Positions 63,201 through 64,000 of a stretch of 64,000 nt of DNA are shown here, piece by piece (positions within the stretch are counted from its first letter, which is position 1; each line of letters begins with the position of its first letter). The translations under genes were made by a program, and so were the position numbers. The stretch is from Styela clava (taxonomy: Eukaryota). Under the pieces are notes generated by a model. The model made no database searches. It was not told where the DNA came from and worked only from the letters and a program-made list of their open reading frames with translations. The DNA is taken from assembly GCF_964204865.1 (NCBI RefSeq), contig NC_135255.1, positions 15,004,001-15,068,000 on the forward strand, in the 5' to 3' direction.

Positions 63201-64000
63201 CATATGAAAAGAGTCGGCAACCAGCGTCAAGCTGTTTGTAATATGACCTGGAATGAAAAATATAACAATTAGTCCACTATGGATTTCAGGTATACTTCAA
63301 AATCAGATAAAATCTCTATGCTAATAGGGTTAAAGGTCGTGTGATGATTTATTGTCAGAAAAAGAAGAAAATCTCTGATGCAGTGTTCAACATGGTGTAA
63401 GTAAGGAAATGAAGTTTTTAAGCTGAAATCAATTCCATTTTGGTCATATGTCATTCTTTCACTGTGATTTATTGTCAGAAAAAAATCTTTGACACAGTGT
63501 TTAAGATGGTGTGAGGAAATGTGGTTTTTTAAGCCGCGATCAATACCATTTTGGTCATATGTCATTCTTTTCTATTATACCAAAAACATTCAGAATAATT
63601 CAATACAAACTGAAATACAATTATGATGGGAAACCGGATATCTCGAAAAAAAAATAATTAGAACAGTGATATTCAAATCTAAAATAAATTGCAAAATAAA
63701 ATTTTAGGACAATATCTAATTGCATACAGATATAACTATTCTCGATTATTTTACCTATACTATTTTTGATTCCTTATGCTAGTCATTATCAGCCTCTAGC
63801 CACATTTAATTAAAATTCATTGAAAATCAATAAATCATACTCACCCACAATTAATTCAGTAAAAAAGTATCCTATAATAAGAATCAACATTGAAACAAGT
63901 CTGCCAGTTTTGGACTTTAATAATTTTTTGCACAATCCACCCCCTTCATCATAAGTTCTATATAAAACAGCATCTTCTCCACCACTGTCTTCGCCACTGT
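54229..64000 (-). CDS. SLC30A1: ZnT1-like cation diffusion facilitator zinc exporter (5' end outside the window)
   Basis: Exons 63845->64000, 63069-63247 (SLTLVADSFHMLSD, NTFGWVRFE), 62075-62204, 61646-61782 (His-rich loop), 61441-61554 (LNMRAVFLHVLGDALGS), 58597-58754 (YMDP), 57852-57981 (IHDLHIWQL), 56642-56788 (GIHSCTVQPEF, C..C..C..CC) and 54229-54435. Phases are consistent. TM2 is HxxxD (ZnT1-type) rather than the NxxxD of ZnT10. Confidence 0.92.
63344..63571. repeat. Intronic ~115-bp tandem duplication
   Basis: TGATTTATTGTCAGAA...CCATTTTGGTCATATGTCATTCTTT occurs twice. Confidence 0.75.

Overview
AT-rich eukaryotic (intron-containing, animal) genomic DNA; repeat content and gene style suggest a marine invertebrate such as a tunicate, which is inference only. 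About 0.2-49.3 kb is a tandem, minus-strand birth-and-death array of four-coding-exon NAT8/camello-like membrane-anchored GNAT N-acetyltransferases. Five copies reconstruct as intact (7741-9430, 23702-25412, 38247-41563, 44809-46591, 47374-49291); the rest are pseudogenes or exon remnants. An ~8.6-9.3 kb segmental duplication (~880-9450 vs ~16126-25430) and an inverted chimeric fragment (~15.7-16.5 kb) shape the array. A decayed piggyBac (11854-14514) lies between the duplicates. A fibrinogen-domain (ficolin/FReD-like) pseudogene (+, ~26963-37078) carries a very young full-length BEL/Pao LTR retrotransposon in its last intron (29129-36578, apparently identical 588-bp LTRs, TTGCA target-site duplication). 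Other repeats include nested hAT MITEs, Helentron-type HINEs, solo LTRs and a purine-skewed ~78-bp minisatellite. The right end holds most of a ZnT1/SLC30A1-like zinc exporter gene (minus strand, 5' end beyond the window). The most striking observation is that the BEL element has no TGG-type tRNA primer-binding site; the sequence in that position is instead a perfect 14-nt complement of a segment of its own LTR, suggesting Tf1-like self-priming. All coordinates and comparisons were done by eye.
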